This document shows positions 1-8,755 of a stretch of 64,000 bases of DNA, one piece after another; position 1 is the first letter of the stretch, and every line of letters starts with the position of its first letter. The notes beneath the pieces were generated by a model that had not been told where the DNA came from, searched no databases, and saw only the letters and a list, made by a program, of their open reading frames with translations. The DNA is from Minisyncoccia bacterium (GTDB taxonomy: Bacteria > Patescibacteriota > Minisyncoccia > Phycocordibacterales > Phycocordibacteraceae): contig JBEKII010000002.1 of the NCBI GenBank assembly GCA_050011835.1, positions 76,173 through 140,172 of the forward strand, written 5' to 3'. The translations under genes and the position numbers were made by a program.

Positions 1-204
1 TATGACGCCCTCACTGACGAGGTTGTTGAGGATATGCTCGCTTCCGGCATCGTTGACCCAGTGAAGATGCAGCGCATGTCGCTTGAAAATGCTATTTCTG
101 CCGCGGCGATGCTTCTCACCACCGAGGCGGCAATCGCCGATATTCCAGAACCGAAAAATCCGCCTGCTGGCGGAGCGAGCGGCATGGACGGAATGGACTA
201 TTAA
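1..204 (+). CDS. groEL: Chaperonin GroEL (Cpn60), C-terminal fragment; the 5' end lies outside the window
   Basis: Frame-1 translation reads ...[52 protein letters not shown], which is the typical GroEL C-terminus including the Gly/Met-rich tail. Stop codon at 202-204. Confidence 0.8.
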   Translation, partial: YDALTDEVVEDMLASGIVDPVKMQRMSLENAISAAAMLLTTEAAIADIPEPKNPPAGGASGMDGMDY

Positions 205-836
205 GGTTTCTGATTATAGCTCACGACCTCCCAGCCGTGCGTTTGCGAAAATATTTTCCACGGATGAAATTCGCAGATGGTGATACCCGCGTTATTCGAG
301 ACATTGAAGAATGAAAGCTTTATGAAATCAGCGGCGTGAAGCTGTTCACGATAGAGCATATACGAGATCAGCATTTTGAGAAACACATGATGCGTCACAA
401 CGCAGGTCTCGCGCGCTCCCTGGCGGGGAAGGAGCGCGAGACATTTTTTCGCGCGCTTCTTCAAGTCAATAAAATTTTCCTCATCGGAGAAACGGTAATT
501 ATCAGAATGATAGGCGAGGTCCATCTGATCAATAATATGGGCGACTTCTGGTTCGTCCTGGCTTTTCTCGGTGATTTCAGAAGGGTTGCGTCGTTCAACA
601 AGAAGAGGAGAGTAAATAATAGGTACGTTGAGATGTGTGTTGATGATTTCCGCAGTTTCGCGCGCGCGTGGATACGTGCTTGAGATGATACGCGAGATGG
701 AAAGGTGTTCAAGGTCGCGGCCCACATTCTCCGCTTGTCGCCGGCCGTTTTCGGAGAGTGCGCCCTCTTCTCCTTGGCGGATATGTTTAGCGTTCATCAT
801 CGTTTCGCCGTGGCGGACAAAATAAAATCGCATCAC
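201..836 (-). CDS. Histidine phosphatase family protein (phosphoglycerate mutase-like)
   Basis: 211-aa ORF. N-terminal RHGE motif ([10 protein letters not shown]), a PGAM-like fold signature. Confidence 0.65.
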   Translation of the reverse strand: MMRFYFVRHGETMMNAKHIRQGEEGALSENGRRQAENVGRDLEHLSISRIISSTYPRARETAEIINTHLNVPIIYSPLLVERRNPSEITEKSQDEPEVAHIIDQMDLAYHSDNYRFSDEENFIDLKKRAKKCLALLPRQGARETCVVTHHVFLKMLISYMLYREQLHAADFIKLSFFNVSNNAGITICEFHPWKIFSQTHGWEVVSYNQKP

Positions 837-953
837 TTTCAGTATACTCGCACTCTGTCACGTTTTGCACAGGGGGGTCTCCAAATAATTTAAAAGGAGT
901 CATACTAGAAGAAGCGGACGATCAACTCCCGCTTTAACAATCTTTCAAATCAC

Positions 954-1196
954 ATGAAAGCACTGCACAAAATAGCATTCGTCCTCGTCATCATTGGCGG
1001 ACTTGATTGGGGCCTTATCGGGCTCGGTGGCTGGGTGGGCGGCAATTGGAATGTCATAAATCTTATCCTCGGTTCGGTGCCGGTAGTTGAGAATCTCGTC
1101 TACTTGCTCGTCGGCATCTCGGCACTCATCCTTATCTTCAAGAAGAAAGGAGGCTATATGGCTAGCAATCCTCAAGGGATGTCCCAAGGGATGTAA
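954..1196 (+). CDS. DUF378-family small membrane protein
   Basis: 80 aa. The IIGGLDWGLIGLGGW pattern and two predicted TM helices are typical of DUF378/YuzA. Confidence 0.65.
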   Translation: MKALHKIAFVLVIIGGLDWGLIGLGGWVGGNWNVINLILGSVPVVENLVYLLVGISALILIFKKKGGYMASNPQGMSQGM

Positions 1197-1217
1197 TTAT
1201 TTGCGCGAAGCGCAAAA

Positions 1218-1250
1218 AAGAATCGCCGGCCTAATGCCGGCGATTCTTTT
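1218..1250 (+). terminator. Rho-independent terminator after the DUF378 gene
   Basis: aagaatcgccggc-ctaat-gccggcgattctttt: a GC-rich hairpin followed by a T-run. Confidence 0.6.
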
Positions 1251-1346
1251 CAGAGTTGCAAATAAACGCAACTTATAGTATATTGTATGCGGATTTTGAT
1301 CTCTGAAAAGATGCTTAACATAGGAAAAGGGAAAGAGAGGTGAGTC

Positions 1347-1952
1347 ATGGAAAGAAGAATAGTTCAGATTTTGTTGGCAGTGGCGTTGGCAGTGGCGTTG
1401 ATTATTGTTTTTTCGCCATCGCCAGCAGGGGCGCGCGGCGGCGGACATGGAGGAGGGGGCGGACATGGAGGTGGAGGTGGTTACCATGGTGGTGGCTATA
1501 GTGGTGGTTTCCACGGCGGAGGCGGTCATTACGGAGGATACTACGGAGGATACCATGGTGGTGGCTACCGCGGCGGTTATTATGGCGGTTATCGTGGTGG
1601 ATATATCGGCGGCCGCTACCCTTATTGGGGGCCGTTCATTGCTGCAGGGTATCCATATTGGTACTATCCATATTCTTTTTGGTATAGGGATGCCTATTAC
1701 CCGGGTGGATATTCCTACTGGTATTCACCAGACCAAATTGTTGTAGACCCGAATTCTTATAATTATGGGTCTGGGCAGATGTCGCCCCCGCCGCAAATGT
1801 CGCAGGCGCCACCACCACCGCAATATCAACCTCAGCAGATTCCGCAAAATGTTCCTCCTCCGCCACCTGCAATGGCTCAACCGCCCCAGTCGGGGGAGAA
1901 GCTTTGTCGGGCACCGGAAAACGGCGGGTGGAAGTATTTTACCTGCCCGTGA
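1347..1952 (+). CDS. Secreted low-complexity protein: Gly/His/Tyr-rich then Pro/Gln-rich, with a C-terminal Cys pair
   Basis: 201 aa. Signal-peptide-like N-terminus, then GGGHGGGGGHGGGGGYHGG... repeats, a Y/W-rich stretch, PPPP(Q) runs, and a C-terminal CRAPENGGWKYFTC. Read directly from the translation. Confidence 0.6.
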   Translation: MERRIVQILLAVALAVALIIVFSPSPAGARGGGHGGGGGHGGGGGYHGGGYSGGFHGGGGHYGGYYGGYHGGGYRGGYYGGYRGGYIGGRYPYWGPFIAAGYPYWYYPYSFWYRDAYYPGGYSYWYSPDQIVVDPNSYNYGSGQMSPPPQMSQAPPPPQYQPQQIPQNVPPPPPAMAQPPQSGEKLCRAPENGGWKYFTCP

Positions 1953-1958
1953 AAGGAG

Positions 1959-2285
1959 ATGAACGTGAAAAAAATAATTGCTGTCATGGTTGTTGCTGTG
2001 GTCGTGGTAATGCTTGCGTTACCGCAAGTGGCGCAAGCTCACTGGCACGGTGGTCCCTGCATACTCGGGCTTGCTGGACTTTTCGCCCTTCTCTTCGGGT
2101 GGGCAGTAACCCATCCTCAACCTCCTCCGCGACCCGTTGTCATCGTTCAGCCGCCCTCGGCTCCTACGGTTCAGTGCTTCAAGATGGTTAATGGACACTG
2201 GGAACCGCGGAAGAGTGAAGACGGAAAGTACCACGAGGAATTCGTTCCAGAACCGGAACATAAAGTCCCGGTTTCCTGCCAATAG
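1959..2285 (+). CDS. Small secreted or membrane protein
   Basis: 108 aa. Hydrophobic N-terminus, proline-rich linker, two Cys (QCF...VSCQ). Follows the Gly-rich gene at a 6-nt spacing. Confidence 0.45.
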   Translation: MNVKKIIAVMVVAVVVVMLALPQVAQAHWHGGPCILGLAGLFALLFGWAVTHPQPPPRPVVIVQPPSAPTVQCFKMVNGHWEPRKSEDGKYHEEFVPEPEHKVPVSCQ

Positions 2286-2316
2286 CGAAACCGAAAAAGG
2301 TTGGGCATTTCTTCTG

Positions 2317-2361
2317 AGGAGCCCGCAACTGCATCCCGCAGTTGTTCTGGGCTCCTTTTTT
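2317..2361 (+). terminator. Rho-independent terminator
   Basis: ggagcccgcaactgc...gcagttgttctgggctcc hairpin followed by tttttt. Confidence 0.55.
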
Positions 2362-2380
2362 AAATGCAAAAAATCTTTTG

Positions 2381-2471
2381 CGGATGGGGAGGGATTCGAA
2401 CCCTCGATACGGGTTTTAAACCGTATAATGGATTAGCAATCCATCACTTTCAGCCTCTCAGTCACCCATCC
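2381..2471 (-). tRNA. tRNA-Ser(GCU), with a long variable arm
   Basis: Reverse complement reads GGATGGG...ATGGA-TTGCTAA-TCCAT...long arm...GAGGG-TTCGAAT-CCCTC-CCCATCC-G. The anticodon loop gives GCT. Confidence 0.8.
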
Positions 2472-2479
2472 TCGTACTG

Positions 2480-3481
2480 TTATCCTACTGCATTTTCGTA
2501 TCTTCTCAAATGCTTTGGATTATGACTGCCTATAATTAAGAAGTACCGTTTCATATCTCCGATACTATCAAGACGAACATCATGGCCGGTTATTCTTGAA
2601 TGAAGTCCGAATTTCCCCAGAAGAGCGTGCACAGAACGTCGCAACGGTTTCGAGGCACTTGTAAATGACAGTTTTTTGTAAGCGTACCATGTGTCTTTCA
2701 CGCGATACCGATGTGTAAAAATGGATCCATCTGTATCAATAAGTCCTCGTAGGCACGCCATCGCGAATTTTTTATCGCGCTTGATCCACACAGGAATGTC
2801 GAATTGTTGTCTGACTTTATTTCCTATCGGCAACCCTAATTCGTGCAAATATCGCACCAGTTCTGTTCTGGATACAACAATGTCGTTTACAGAATTTTTT
2901 GGTGAGTGATAAATACTCGGCGTTATTCTGAAAAGTTTCTTAATAAGATTCACTACAAATATGACATATTCCAAGTCATCGATATGATGAAGAGTAATTA
3001 TGATTTGATATTTGCTAATGCCACCATCACCCATCATGATGCCTATAAACTCAGCGAGTTTCTCACTGCGATGCGGTCTGCGAATATTTTTCGGCTCGAG
3101 GATAGGATTCCTTTTGAACTTTCCTGTAGTTTCCCACCATAGATGCCATTGTTCTTTCCGATACTTTTCGTTGCGTGGAATACAACCATATTTTTTTATG
3201 ACCGCAGCGAGACCCATTTTGCTGGCTTTTGTAATATGTGCATATGCATCACGAGTGCAAATGTTTTTAGGGATCGGAATACATATCCGTTCAGAGAGTA
3301 AATGAACGACAGTAAGCGGCATAGAAAATTTTTCTCTGCGCCAATCTCGGACAGCCCGCTCAGAGCAATGGGAAATACGAGCCATATCAGCAATCGTTAA
3401 TCTTTCCCCCACACGCTTTAAAAATGTCTGTTGTTCGCCGGAAGGAAATACGACTCTTTTATCTTTAAACGTTTTAGCCAT
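2480..3481 (-). CDS. LAGLIDADG-family (double-motif) endonuclease with an N-terminal HTH
   Basis: 333 aa. Two LAGLIDADG-like motifs (GIMMGDGGI and LRGLIDTDGS). HTH-like N-terminus (LTIADMARISHCSERAVRDW). Stop codon lies 9 nt upstream of tRNA-Ser, same strand. Confidence 0.7.
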   Translation of the reverse strand: MAKTFKDKRVVFPSGEQQTFLKRVGERLTIADMARISHCSERAVRDWRREKFSMPLTVVHLLSERICIPIPKNICTRDAYAHITKASKMGLAAVIKKYGCIPRNEKYRKEQWHLWWETTGKFKRNPILEPKNIRRPHRSEKLAEFIGIMMGDGGISKYQIIITLHHIDDLEYVIFVVNLIKKLFRITPSIYHSPKNSVNDIVVSRTELVRYLHELGLPIGNKVRQQFDIPVWIKRDKKFAMACLRGLIDTDGSIFTHRYRVKDTWYAYKKLSFTSASKPLRRSVHALLGKFGLHSRITGHDVRLDSIGDMKRYFLIIGSHNPKHLRRYENAVG

Positions 3482-3520
3482 ACTTCCATTCTAACATACT
3501 AAATAAAGCAGAACGAATGA

Positions 3521-3885
3521 TTAATGAGCGAGAGCGAGCGGGACGATGTGTTCGGCGCCGGATTTTTTGAGTACGTCAATTGCCGCTTGGAGCGTGGCGC
3601 CCGTAGTGAGGATGTCATCTAGAATAATGTATGTGCGCGCGGGATCGGCGCGGCGTGTCGCTTTAAACGCGCCGCGCATATTTTCTTCACGTTTACGGTG
3701 GGGGAGTGCGACCTGCGAATCCGTTTCGCGCAGGCGAATGAGCATATTGGGCTTAAGAACGAACTCGGGCGCGTTTCGGGTACGAGTTTCGGGGCGACAA
3801 GGGAGAGAAGGTTGTCGCTTGAAATATCGCGCACCGCTTTTTCATCCACGCGCGGAGGAAAGAGGAAGTCCAGCCAATGAGTCAT
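3521..3885 (-). pseudogene. comF: ComF-family phosphoribosyltransferase-domain protein, apparently frameshifted
   Basis: The C-terminal frame encodes LIRLRETDSQVALPHRKREENMRGAF...RTYIILDDILTTGATL, the ComF/PRTase PRPP motif. The N-terminal part (WLDFLFPPR...) is in another frame and lacks the zinc-finger cysteines. Confidence 0.45.
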
Positions 3886-3912
3886 AGTATCGTCGTGGTA
3901 TTATTCTCGCAT

Positions 3913-4986
3913 ATGTCGCTCCTCGGAGGCATCTTTACGAAGAAAGAGAAGAGCGTTCTTGGCGTTGATATCGGCTCTTCATCATTAAAAGTTGTACAGC
4001 TGCGCAAAGAACACGGCAAGGCGATACTCGAGACCTACGGCGAACTCGCGCTCGGTCCTTATGGCGGAGGAGATGTCGGGCAAGCGACAAATCTTTCTGC
4101 CGAGCAAATTGCCGAGACACTGAAAGATTTGTTGCGCGAAGCGAAGGTAACGACCACCAGTTGCGGTGTCTCCATACCGTATTCCCGTTCTCTGCTCACA
4201 CTGGTTGATTTGCCTTTCAGTAAAGACCCGAAAGAACAAAAGACCATTATTGAACTTGAAGCGCGCAAGTTTATTCCTATGCCGGTATCCGAAGTGCAGC
4301 TGGATTGGTTCATTGTGCCCGAAACGGACCCTTCGCAAAGCGCAGCTGTGCGAGGGAAAGTTGAAGTGCTCATTGTTGCGGTCCATAACGATGAACTTGC
4401 ATTACTTCAGAGTTCCATCACTGGCGCAGGACTCTCTGCAAGTTTCTATGAAATTGAGATTTTCAGCACGATACGCGCGGTTGTTGATGAACCGACGAAG
4501 CCGGTTATGGTGCTTGACATCGGAGCCGCCTCGACAAAGGTATATGTCGTTGAGCGCGGGATTGTGGCACTCTCGCACGCCATAAGTGCCGGAAGCCAAG
4601 ACATTACTCGCGCTATCGCGGTTTCTCATAACGTATCTATCGCCCAAGCCGAGGTCTTGAAAAAGGAAAAGGGCATTGCCAGCGACGACGGACCGAGCTC
4701 TTCCGAACTTGTTTTTTCACGCATCTTTTCAGAAGCGCGGCGCGTGCTTATGCAATATGAGACAGAGCATAAGAAATCAATTACGTCTATTATGCTCACG
4801 GGCGGCGGCGGAGTGACGAAAGAACTCGGGACGTACGCGAAAAATATTTTTTCCATAGACGTGCGTGTCGCCGACCCGTTCGCAAAAACCGAAGCACCGG
4901 CGTTTATGCGTTCAATTCTTGAAGAAATCGGTCCGGAATTCTCAGCCGCGGTTGGCATTGCATTGCGTAAACTTACAGAGGTGTAA
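3913..4986 (+). CDS. pilM: Type IV pilus assembly protein PilM (actin-like ATPase fold)
   Basis: Start at MSLLGGIFTKKEKSVLGVDIGSSSLKVV, the hallmark PilM N-terminus. First gene of the pilM-N-O-B-T-C cluster. Confidence 0.8.
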   Translation: MSLLGGIFTKKEKSVLGVDIGSSSLKVVQLRKEHGKAILETYGELALGPYGGGDVGQATNLSAEQIAETLKDLLREAKVTTTSCGVSIPYSRSLLTLVDLPFSKDPKEQKTIIELEARKFIPMPVSEVQLDWFIVPETDPSQSAAVRGKVEVLIVAVHNDELALLQSSITGAGLSASFYEIEIFSTIRAVVDEPTKPVMVLDIGAASTKVYVVERGIVALSHAISAGSQDITRAIAVSHNVSIAQAEVLKKEKGIASDDGPSSSELVFSRIFSEARRVLMQYETEHKKSITSIMLTGGGGVTKELGTYAKNIFSIDVRVADPFAKTEAPAFMRSILEEIGPEFSAAVGIALRKLTEV

Positions 4987-5049
4987 TTAAGACGTTTTGC
5001 ACAGATGCTATAAACGGTTCTTGCGCGGGTATCGTATACTAAAGACGAA

Positions 5050-5625
5050 ATGCTTCCTCCTGCAATACCAACGTCATTCGTTCCTCATTCAGCGTCCGCG
5101 GAGCGCAAATTTCATGCTGACTTTTCCGGCGTATACGGTTTTTTCTGTTACATCGTTCTCGCTGTTATCTTCGCACTCGCGCTCGGTGTCTTCTTCTACG
5201 GAAGAATCCTCTCGGCGAGCCAATCCTCTAATGATGCCGCGCTCGCGAAAGCCGAAGCGGCGATAAATCCGACGACGATTCAAGGATTTGTTCAGCTTCG
5301 TGATCGTCTTGCCTCAGGGGAAACGCTCCTTAAAAATCACATTGCATTTTCTGGGTTCTTCGCCGCGCTCGGGGCCGTTATGCCTTCCACCATCCGTTTC
5401 TCCTCGCTTCATCTCTCAATTGACGACACGGGAACAGCGACGCTTGGGGGAACGGGCATTGCCAAGAATTTCAATGCACTCGCGGCTACTTCTATGGTAT
5501 TCGCTCAAGATGGGCGTATCAAGGATGCCATTTTTTCCAACATTGCCATTAATGCAAAAGATAGCTCCGTATCTTTTACACTTGCCGCGACGCTTGACCC
5601 GAAACTCATCGTTTTTTCTCCATGA
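5050..5625 (+). CDS. pilN: PilN-like pilus assembly protein (single TM)
   Basis: 191 aa with one N-terminal TM helix. Position follows pilM. Confidence 0.55.
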   Translation: MLPPAIPTSFVPHSASAERKFHADFSGVYGFFCYIVLAVIFALALGVFFYGRILSASQSSNDAALAKAEAAINPTTIQGFVQLRDRLASGETLLKNHIAFSGFFAALGAVMPSTIRFSSLHLSIDDTGTATLGGTGIAKNFNALAATSMVFAQDGRIKDAIFSNIAINAKDSSVSFTLAATLDPKLIVFSP

Positions 5626-6185
5626 ACAATCACATTCTTCCCACGCTCGCGCTCCTCATTGCCATCGGCATATTTTTTACTTATGTAAATCCCACATGGT
5701 CCGGTCCAATAGCGACGGCAAAGGCCGCTATCGCGAGTGATGGCCAGGCGCTTGCTGCCGCGAGCCAATACGCTGCACAACAAAACGAACTTGCTTCCGC
5801 CCGCAATGCGATTGCCCCCGCGGATATCGCGCGGCTCACCACGTTTTTGCCTGATTCGGTAAACAATGTCGGACTCATTCTTGATTTGAATGCGCTTGCC
5901 GCACGCTCCGGGATCTCGCTCTCCAACGTTAATATCACTGTAAATGCAAATAACGCAGGCGCCGCAAGTTCCGCCACCGGAGCTCTTCCGGTTTCCGGTG
6001 CGAGTCCAGTAGGTTCGGCTGATTTTTCTCTTTCCGCAAAAGGCACGTATACGGCGTTCCTGGCGTTTCTTGCCGGGATAGAGAAGAGCGAGCGCCTTCT
6101 CGATGTTCGTGACATTACCGTGGAGGGGTCCGATACGGGCGTCTACACATACCAAATGACACTGCGCCTTTACTGGCTGCAGTAA
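5622..6185 (+). CDS. pilO: PilO-like pilus assembly protein
   Basis: 187 aa with an N-terminal TM helix. Its start overlaps the pilN stop by 4 nt. Confidence 0.5.
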   Translation: MNNHILPTLALLIAIGIFFTYVNPTWSGPIATAKAAIASDGQALAAASQYAAQQNELASARNAIAPADIARLTTFLPDSVNNVGLILDLNALAARSGISLSNVNITVNANNAGAASSATGALPVSGASPVGSADFSLSAKGTYTAFLAFLAGIEKSERLLDVRDITVEGSDTGVYTYQMTLRLYWLQ

Positions 6186-6198
6186 GCGATTTTATATT

Positions 6199-6492
6199 AT
6201 GAAATCAAAAAATCTCGTACTCATTATCGTCATCGTACTCATCGCTGCAGCCGGCGTTTACTGGTATTTCTTTACCGGAACGGGGAATCAGCCCACTCTC
6301 TTAATTGGAGGGACGGAGAACCAAGCACAAGCCCAGTTTGAGACGCTGGTCAGCGAGCTGACGCCGATTTCGTTTGATACCAGCATCTTTTCGGACTCGC
6401 GTTTCAATGCGCTCGTTGATATTTCAACGCCGATCACTCCGGAACCCATCAGCCGTCCCGATCCTTTTGCAGTCATTGCTAGCGTAGATTGA
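6199..6492 (+). CDS. Small single-TM protein in the pilus operon (PilP-like accessory?)
   Basis: 97 aa, N-terminal TM helix. Sits between pilO and pilB. Confidence 0.35.
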   Translation: MKSKNLVLIIVIVLIAAAGVYWYFFTGTGNQPTLLIGGTENQAQAQFETLVSELTPISFDTSIFSDSRFNALVDISTPITPEPISRPDPFAVIASVD

Positions 6493-6501
6493 AATTGAGT
6501 A

Positions 6502-8292
6502 ATGAATCTTCTTGGATTATTTGTTGACAAGGGTTTTCTTTCTCCACGCGACCGTGCGGTAGTTGAAGCCGAACTCGCGAAGAAGCGCCCGTTCGCTGAA
6601 ATACTTGCCGAGTATGGCGTATCGCTCTCCGATGCGCTTGCAGAAGTGGGGAAAACCTACGGACTTCCGACGCGCCTTCTCGGTGACCCGCCCGCTAATG
6701 AAGAGGTGTTTAACTACGTTCCCTTCGACTCCGCTCGTCATTATGGATTTGTGCCGCTCGATATCGTGGATGGTGCGCTCGAGGTTGGCATTACCGACCC
6801 CGACAACATTGAGGCGCTCGACGCGCTGCAATTTATCTCCGGCAAAACCGGCACCCCTTATAAAATTTTTCTCATCACAAAACAGGATTTTGATCGTGTG
6901 CTCGATGCCTATCAAAATCTTTCGGGTGAAATCGGTAAAGCGCTTACTGAATATGAGACGACGACGAAGCCTGTTGCCGCCGAAACACAACAGAAGACCG
7001 GCGCACCCGCATCGCCACCTGAGACGCCCGCGTTTGAAGAAGAAGAGCTCGTTCTCACCGGTCCGCGCGAGGCGTTGAAGGAGGATGCCCCGGTAACGAA
7101 AATCGTCTCAACGATATTAAGATACGCCATTGAGGGTCATGCTTCTGATGTACATATTGAGCCCTCACCGAAGAAAACGCGAGTTCGTTTCCGCATGGAT
7201 GGCGTTCTCCATACGTCGTTGGAGTTGCCAGCGAAGGTGCACGAAGCGGTTGTCGCGCGTGTCAAAATACTTGCGAAACTACGCCTGGACGAAAAGCGGA
7301 AACCGCAAGACGGGCGCTTCTCGGCGACTGTTGAAAAGCGCCGCATTGACTTCCGCGTCTCCACTTTTCCGACGGAGTATGGCGAGAAGGTCGCGATGCG
7401 CATCCTTGACCAGTCGGCCGCAACGGCGACGCTTGAATCGGTCGGATTTTCGAGCGCAAATCTTGCCGTAGTCCGCGAAATGATGAAAATCCCTTACGGC
7501 ATTATCCTCATCGCTGGGCCAACCGGTTCGGGCAAATCGACAACGCTCTTTGCGATGCTTTCTGAACTTGACCGCGAAGCGGAGAATGTCGTGTCGCTTG
7601 AAGATCCCGTTGAATACGAAATTTCCGATGTCTCGCAGAGTCAGGTGCGGCCCGAGATCGGCTACACTTTCGCAAACGGGCTTCGTTCCATCTTGCGCCA
7701 GGACCCGGACGTTATTATGGTCGGCGAAATTCGCGATAAGGAAACCGCAGCTCTCGCCGTCCAGGCGGCGCTCACGGGACACCTCGTCTTCTCCACCATT
7801 CATACGAATACCGCTGCTGGTGCAATTCCACGCCTCGTCGATATGGGCGTTGACCCTTTCCTCATAGCGCCGACTTTGGTCGCCATCATCGGACAGCGAT
7901 TAGTTCGTCGATTCTCCGAGGGAGGAGGCAAATCTTTTCCGATTACGGATAGTCTCCGGACGTTTCTTGACAGGGAATTTATTGATTTGCCGAAAGAATA
8001 CCGAGATAAGCTCCCGCCATTTAAGGAGTTTTATCATGCGAGCCCGACCGCGCAGAGTCCTAGCGGTATCCGCGGTCGCACCGCCGTCTTTGAGATACTA
8101 CGTATGGATAAAAATCTTGAACAGGTCGTGCTCAAGGAGCCGGTAGAAGAAAAGATTTATGCCGCTGCGCGCATGGGTGGTATGCTTACTATGCGCGAAG
8201 ATGCGATCGTGAAAGCACTTACCGGCGAGATTCCCTTTGAGGAAATCAACACACTCGGCGGAGAACTTTTCCCCGAAGAGGAAGAAGATTGA
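6502..8292 (+). CDS. pilB: Type IV pilus assembly ATPase PilB (GspE family)
   Basis: 596 aa. Walker A GPTGSGKSTTL, Asp box, His box, and an N-terminal GSPII_E_N-like domain. Confidence 0.9.
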   Translation: MNLLGLFVDKGFLSPRDRAVVEAELAKKRPFAEILAEYGVSLSDALAEVGKTYGLPTRLLGDPPANEEVFNYVPFDSARHYGFVPLDIVDGALEVGITDPDNIEALDALQFISGKTGTPYKIFLITKQDFDRVLDAYQNLSGEIGKALTEYETTTKPVAAETQQKTGAPASPPETPAFEEEELVLTGPREALKEDAPVTKIVSTILRYAIEGHASDVHIEPSPKKTRVRFRMDGVLHTSLELPAKVHEAVVARVKILAKLRLDEKRKPQDGRFSATVEKRRIDFRVSTFPTEYGEKVAMRILDQSAATATLESVGFSSANLAVVREMMKIPYGIILIAGPTGSGKSTTLFAMLSELDREAENVVSLEDPVEYEISDVSQSQVRPEIGYTFANGLRSILRQDPDVIMVGEIRDKETAALAVQAALTGHLVFSTIHTNTAAGAIPRLVDMGVDPFLIAPTLVAIIGQRLVRRFSEGGGKSFPITDSLRTFLDREFIDLPKEYRDKLPPFKEFYHASPTAQSPSGIRGRTAVFEILRMDKNLEQVVLKEPVEEKIYAAARMGGMLTMREDAIVKALTGEIPFEEINTLGGELFPEEEED

Positions 8293-8321
8293 CGTAAGAA
8301 TGCGCTATACTCATTGATAAA

Positions 8322-8753
8322 ATGTCCTATCACATCTATATCGTTGACGATGATAAATTTCTTCTCGACCTTTATGCGGTCAAGTTTGAGAATGCCGGTC
8401 ATAAGGTGAGCATGTTTGGTAGCGGCGAGGATTTCCTGGCGACTCTTCGGAAAACAGATGCGCCGCCGCCCGATGCCATTCTTCTTGACCTTATTATGCC
8501 GGGCATCGGTGGTTTCGGAGCTCTTGAGGCGATGCGGAAAGAGAATCTCGCGCGGGGCGCAAAGGTTATTATTCTCTCAAATCAGGGCCGGGACTCTGAC
8601 ATAGAAAAAGCGAAGCAGCTTACCGCCGATGGTTATATTATAAAGGCATCCGCGATTCCTTCCGAGGTAGTTGCCGAGACCTTGCGCATTATTAATGCGG
8701 ATCACGCCGCCGTTGCCACTGGTGAAGTGACCAATGAAGAAAATCACTCGTAA
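8322..8753 (+). CDS. Single-domain response regulator (CheY-like receiver)
   Basis: 143 aa. IYIVDDD...LDLIMPGIGGF receiver signature with no output domain. Confidence 0.75.
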   Translation: MSYHIYIVDDDKFLLDLYAVKFENAGHKVSMFGSGEDFLATLRKTDAPPPDAILLDLIMPGIGGFGALEAMRKENLARGAKVIILSNQGRDSDIEKAKQLTADGYIIKASAIPSEVVAETLRIINADHAAVATGEVTNEENHS

Positions 8754-8755
8754 TT

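Noticed and set aside
1405-1746. 113-aa alternative frame inside the Gly-rich protein gene
   Set aside because: It is a frame artefact of the GGN-repeat DNA. Frame 1 carries the signal peptide and is the plausible one.
6517-7803. Several 100-170-aa ORFs antisense or out-of-frame within pilB
   Set aside because: They are embedded in the conserved PilB ATPase coding region. They are typical spurious ORFs of a GC-rich gene.
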